64,000 nt of DNA from contig VRVR01000018.1 in the NCBI GenBank assembly GCA_009859145.1, positions 67,688-131,687 of the forward strand. The letters are read 5' to 3'. Below, piece by piece: positions 62,517 through 64,000 of this stretch. The notes under the pieces were generated by a model that saw nothing but the letters and a program-made list of their open reading frames with translations, made no database searches and was not told where the DNA came from. Position 1 is the first letter of the stretch. Each line of letters opens with the position of its first letter. The translations under genes were made by a program, and so were the position numbers. This DNA comes from Andalucia godoyi And28 (taxonomy: Eukaryota > Protista > Jakobida).

Positions 62517-62770
62517 GGGAGGTATGTGTGAGTGTGTTGGGGGGTGGGAGGTTGAAGTGGATGGGAGGGATGGGATGACACGGGAGGAGGAAGACCATTC
62601 TTCCCAACGACAGGGCCGTCTCCTGTTCCATGTTTCCCTTGGTCTCGCAAGACGTGCCGCAGATGAGCAGGTAAACTGAGTAAAATGATGCAGAAGAATG
62701 AGCCCTTGCAAGTCGTTCCTCTTCACGTCAGCGCTGGATCGAGCTGCAATGACTTCGTCAGAAGCGCTGC

Positions 62771-63493
62771 TCACACAAGTGTGCCATGACGAACGTCAAT
62801 GTCTGATCGACAAATCCAGTTTGGCCATTCTTGGAGACATCTTACGTCAAGGAAGCGGGGGATTTGCAGTGGGGGAGTCGAGACTCGGGTCTGTCCAGTC
62901 TCCACTCGCCGGCTTCTGGCAGGTTCCCACTTTCCCCTTCCAGCTGCACGGGGGAAAAAAATGCGATCCTGTCGGATGTGGGAGCATCGAATGGGGAGCG
63001 CGGCGAGGAATAAGAATGCCGCAGCATCCCTGACGCTGAAATGTGCGGCCACCTTCCTACCAAGCAGCGCACAAGGTGGCAAGCTTGGTGCATACGAGCA
63101 AAAAGGGCATCCTGTCAGGAAACAAGAACCATCAACTGATTGTTGGGTTGCCTTGATGTAGGCAAGGGGTGAAAAAGTTGACATCGGCGCGTGGGGAGGA
63201 AGGTTCCTTGCTGCGCGGCTCACTTGCCGAAAAGGAAATTGTTTAGAATTGGCTGCCGTGCTTTGACAGTGTTCCACGTTGGGCAAGTAATGTGCTACGA
63301 GATGTAGAACCGTGGTGTCTGTCCTGTTGACGTTTCCGGCAACCAGCTGGCAACTTTCGTCGGAATCGCCGTGACGAACCAGCTCGACAAGACAAGTTGC
63401 CATCTCCTGCACCGCTGCTTTCCTCTGAAAAGTTGACAATTTACCGAAAGAAGGGCCGCCCGGAGAGCAATATCCCCGGACAACACCACACAT
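62771..63493 (-). CDS. Doubtful hypothetical ORF (240 aa, GTG start)
   Basis: ORF length only; no motif recognised. Confidence 0.25.
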   Translation of the reverse strand: MCGVVRGYCSPGGPSFGKLSTFQRKAAVQEMATCLVELVRHGDSDESCQLVAGNVNRTDTTVLHLVAHYLPNVEHCQSTAANSKQFPFRQVSRAARNLPPHAPMSTFSPLAYIKATQQSVDGSCFLTGCPFCSYAPSLPPCALLGRKVAAHFSVRDAAAFLFLAALPIRCSHIRQDRIFFPRAAGRGKWEPARSRRVETGQTRVSTPPLQIPRFLDVRCLQEWPNWICRSDIDVRHGTLV

Positions 63494-63897
63494 CCGCTAT
63501 TGCTATTGTATTTTTCAAACCCCAAAGACTGAAGGTTTTGTTCTGTGTTCACCCTACACGCCACGCAAGAGGGAAGGGAACTGCACGATTGTTTCTTTTG
63601 GCACGCGCCGACAATCCATTGCTATTCCTTTTGGTTTCGTTTGTTTCTTGGTTCTTACGCCTTTCTTTCGTGGATATTTTTTCAGTCTCTACGCACTTGG
63701 CAGTACGGGAAGAAGAGCTGCACGCCGTTCTCTCTCGCCGTTGGTTTCCTCCTGCTCCCCCGTACACACATACACACACTCCGATGGCCACGCCGTCTTC
63801 ACACGAATTTGGTTTCTCTGCTATTGAGCTTCCTTGCATACGCCCTTTGTCCACAAATACTTGGTCACGTTCAGGAGAATTTGAATCCAAGAAAGAC

Positions 63898-64000
63898 ATG
63901 GAAACGGCGAGCGAAAGCGAGGTTTCTGCTAGCTCGATTGATCATGTGCATGATGATGCTGCTGCGACATCCAGTTCCGTCGGTTTCTTTGGCCAGATGG
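63898..64000 (+). CDS. 5' end of a gene running off the window (METASESEVSASS...)
   Basis: ATG after an in-frame stop, open to the window edge. Confidence 0.4.
   Translation, partial: METASESEVSASSIDHVHDDAAATSSSVGFFGQM

Overview
Gene-dense, nearly intron-free eukaryotic DNA from a flagellated, mitochondrion- and peroxisome-bearing protist (species cannot be determined from sequence alone). It has ~50% GC genes, short AT-rich spacers and many microsatellites. Host genes include an inner-arm dynein heavy chain (partial, 11 kb), an archaeal-type adenylosuccinate lyase, acyl-CoA oxidase, an SMCHD1/GMI1-like GHKL ATPase, a PH/coiled-coil protein, a double hybrid histidine kinase, mTERF, sterol C4-methyl oxidase, DPCD, a CBS protein, a MaoC dehydratase, a divergent ADP/ATP carrier, bL21m, a 7TM protein, two tandem GNATs, a VPS10-like receptor and GDP-mannose pyrophosphorylase. 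The highlight is three dispersed 0.53-0.62 kb copies (28762-29378 -, 34225-34758 +, 57065-57664 -) of a non-autonomous element derived from a TnpB/Fanzor2 (IS607-type) RNA-guided nuclease. Together they retain N-terminal NLS/HTH fragments and the RuvC-II/Zn-ribbon/RuvC-III tail. Each has a ~105-nt right end that folds like an omegaRNA (GNRA and UUCG hairpins plus a 3' pseudoknot), and each has 5'-ACCG at the left junction (candidate TAM) with no TSD or TIR. Family assignments rest on motif recognition by eye, not database searches.
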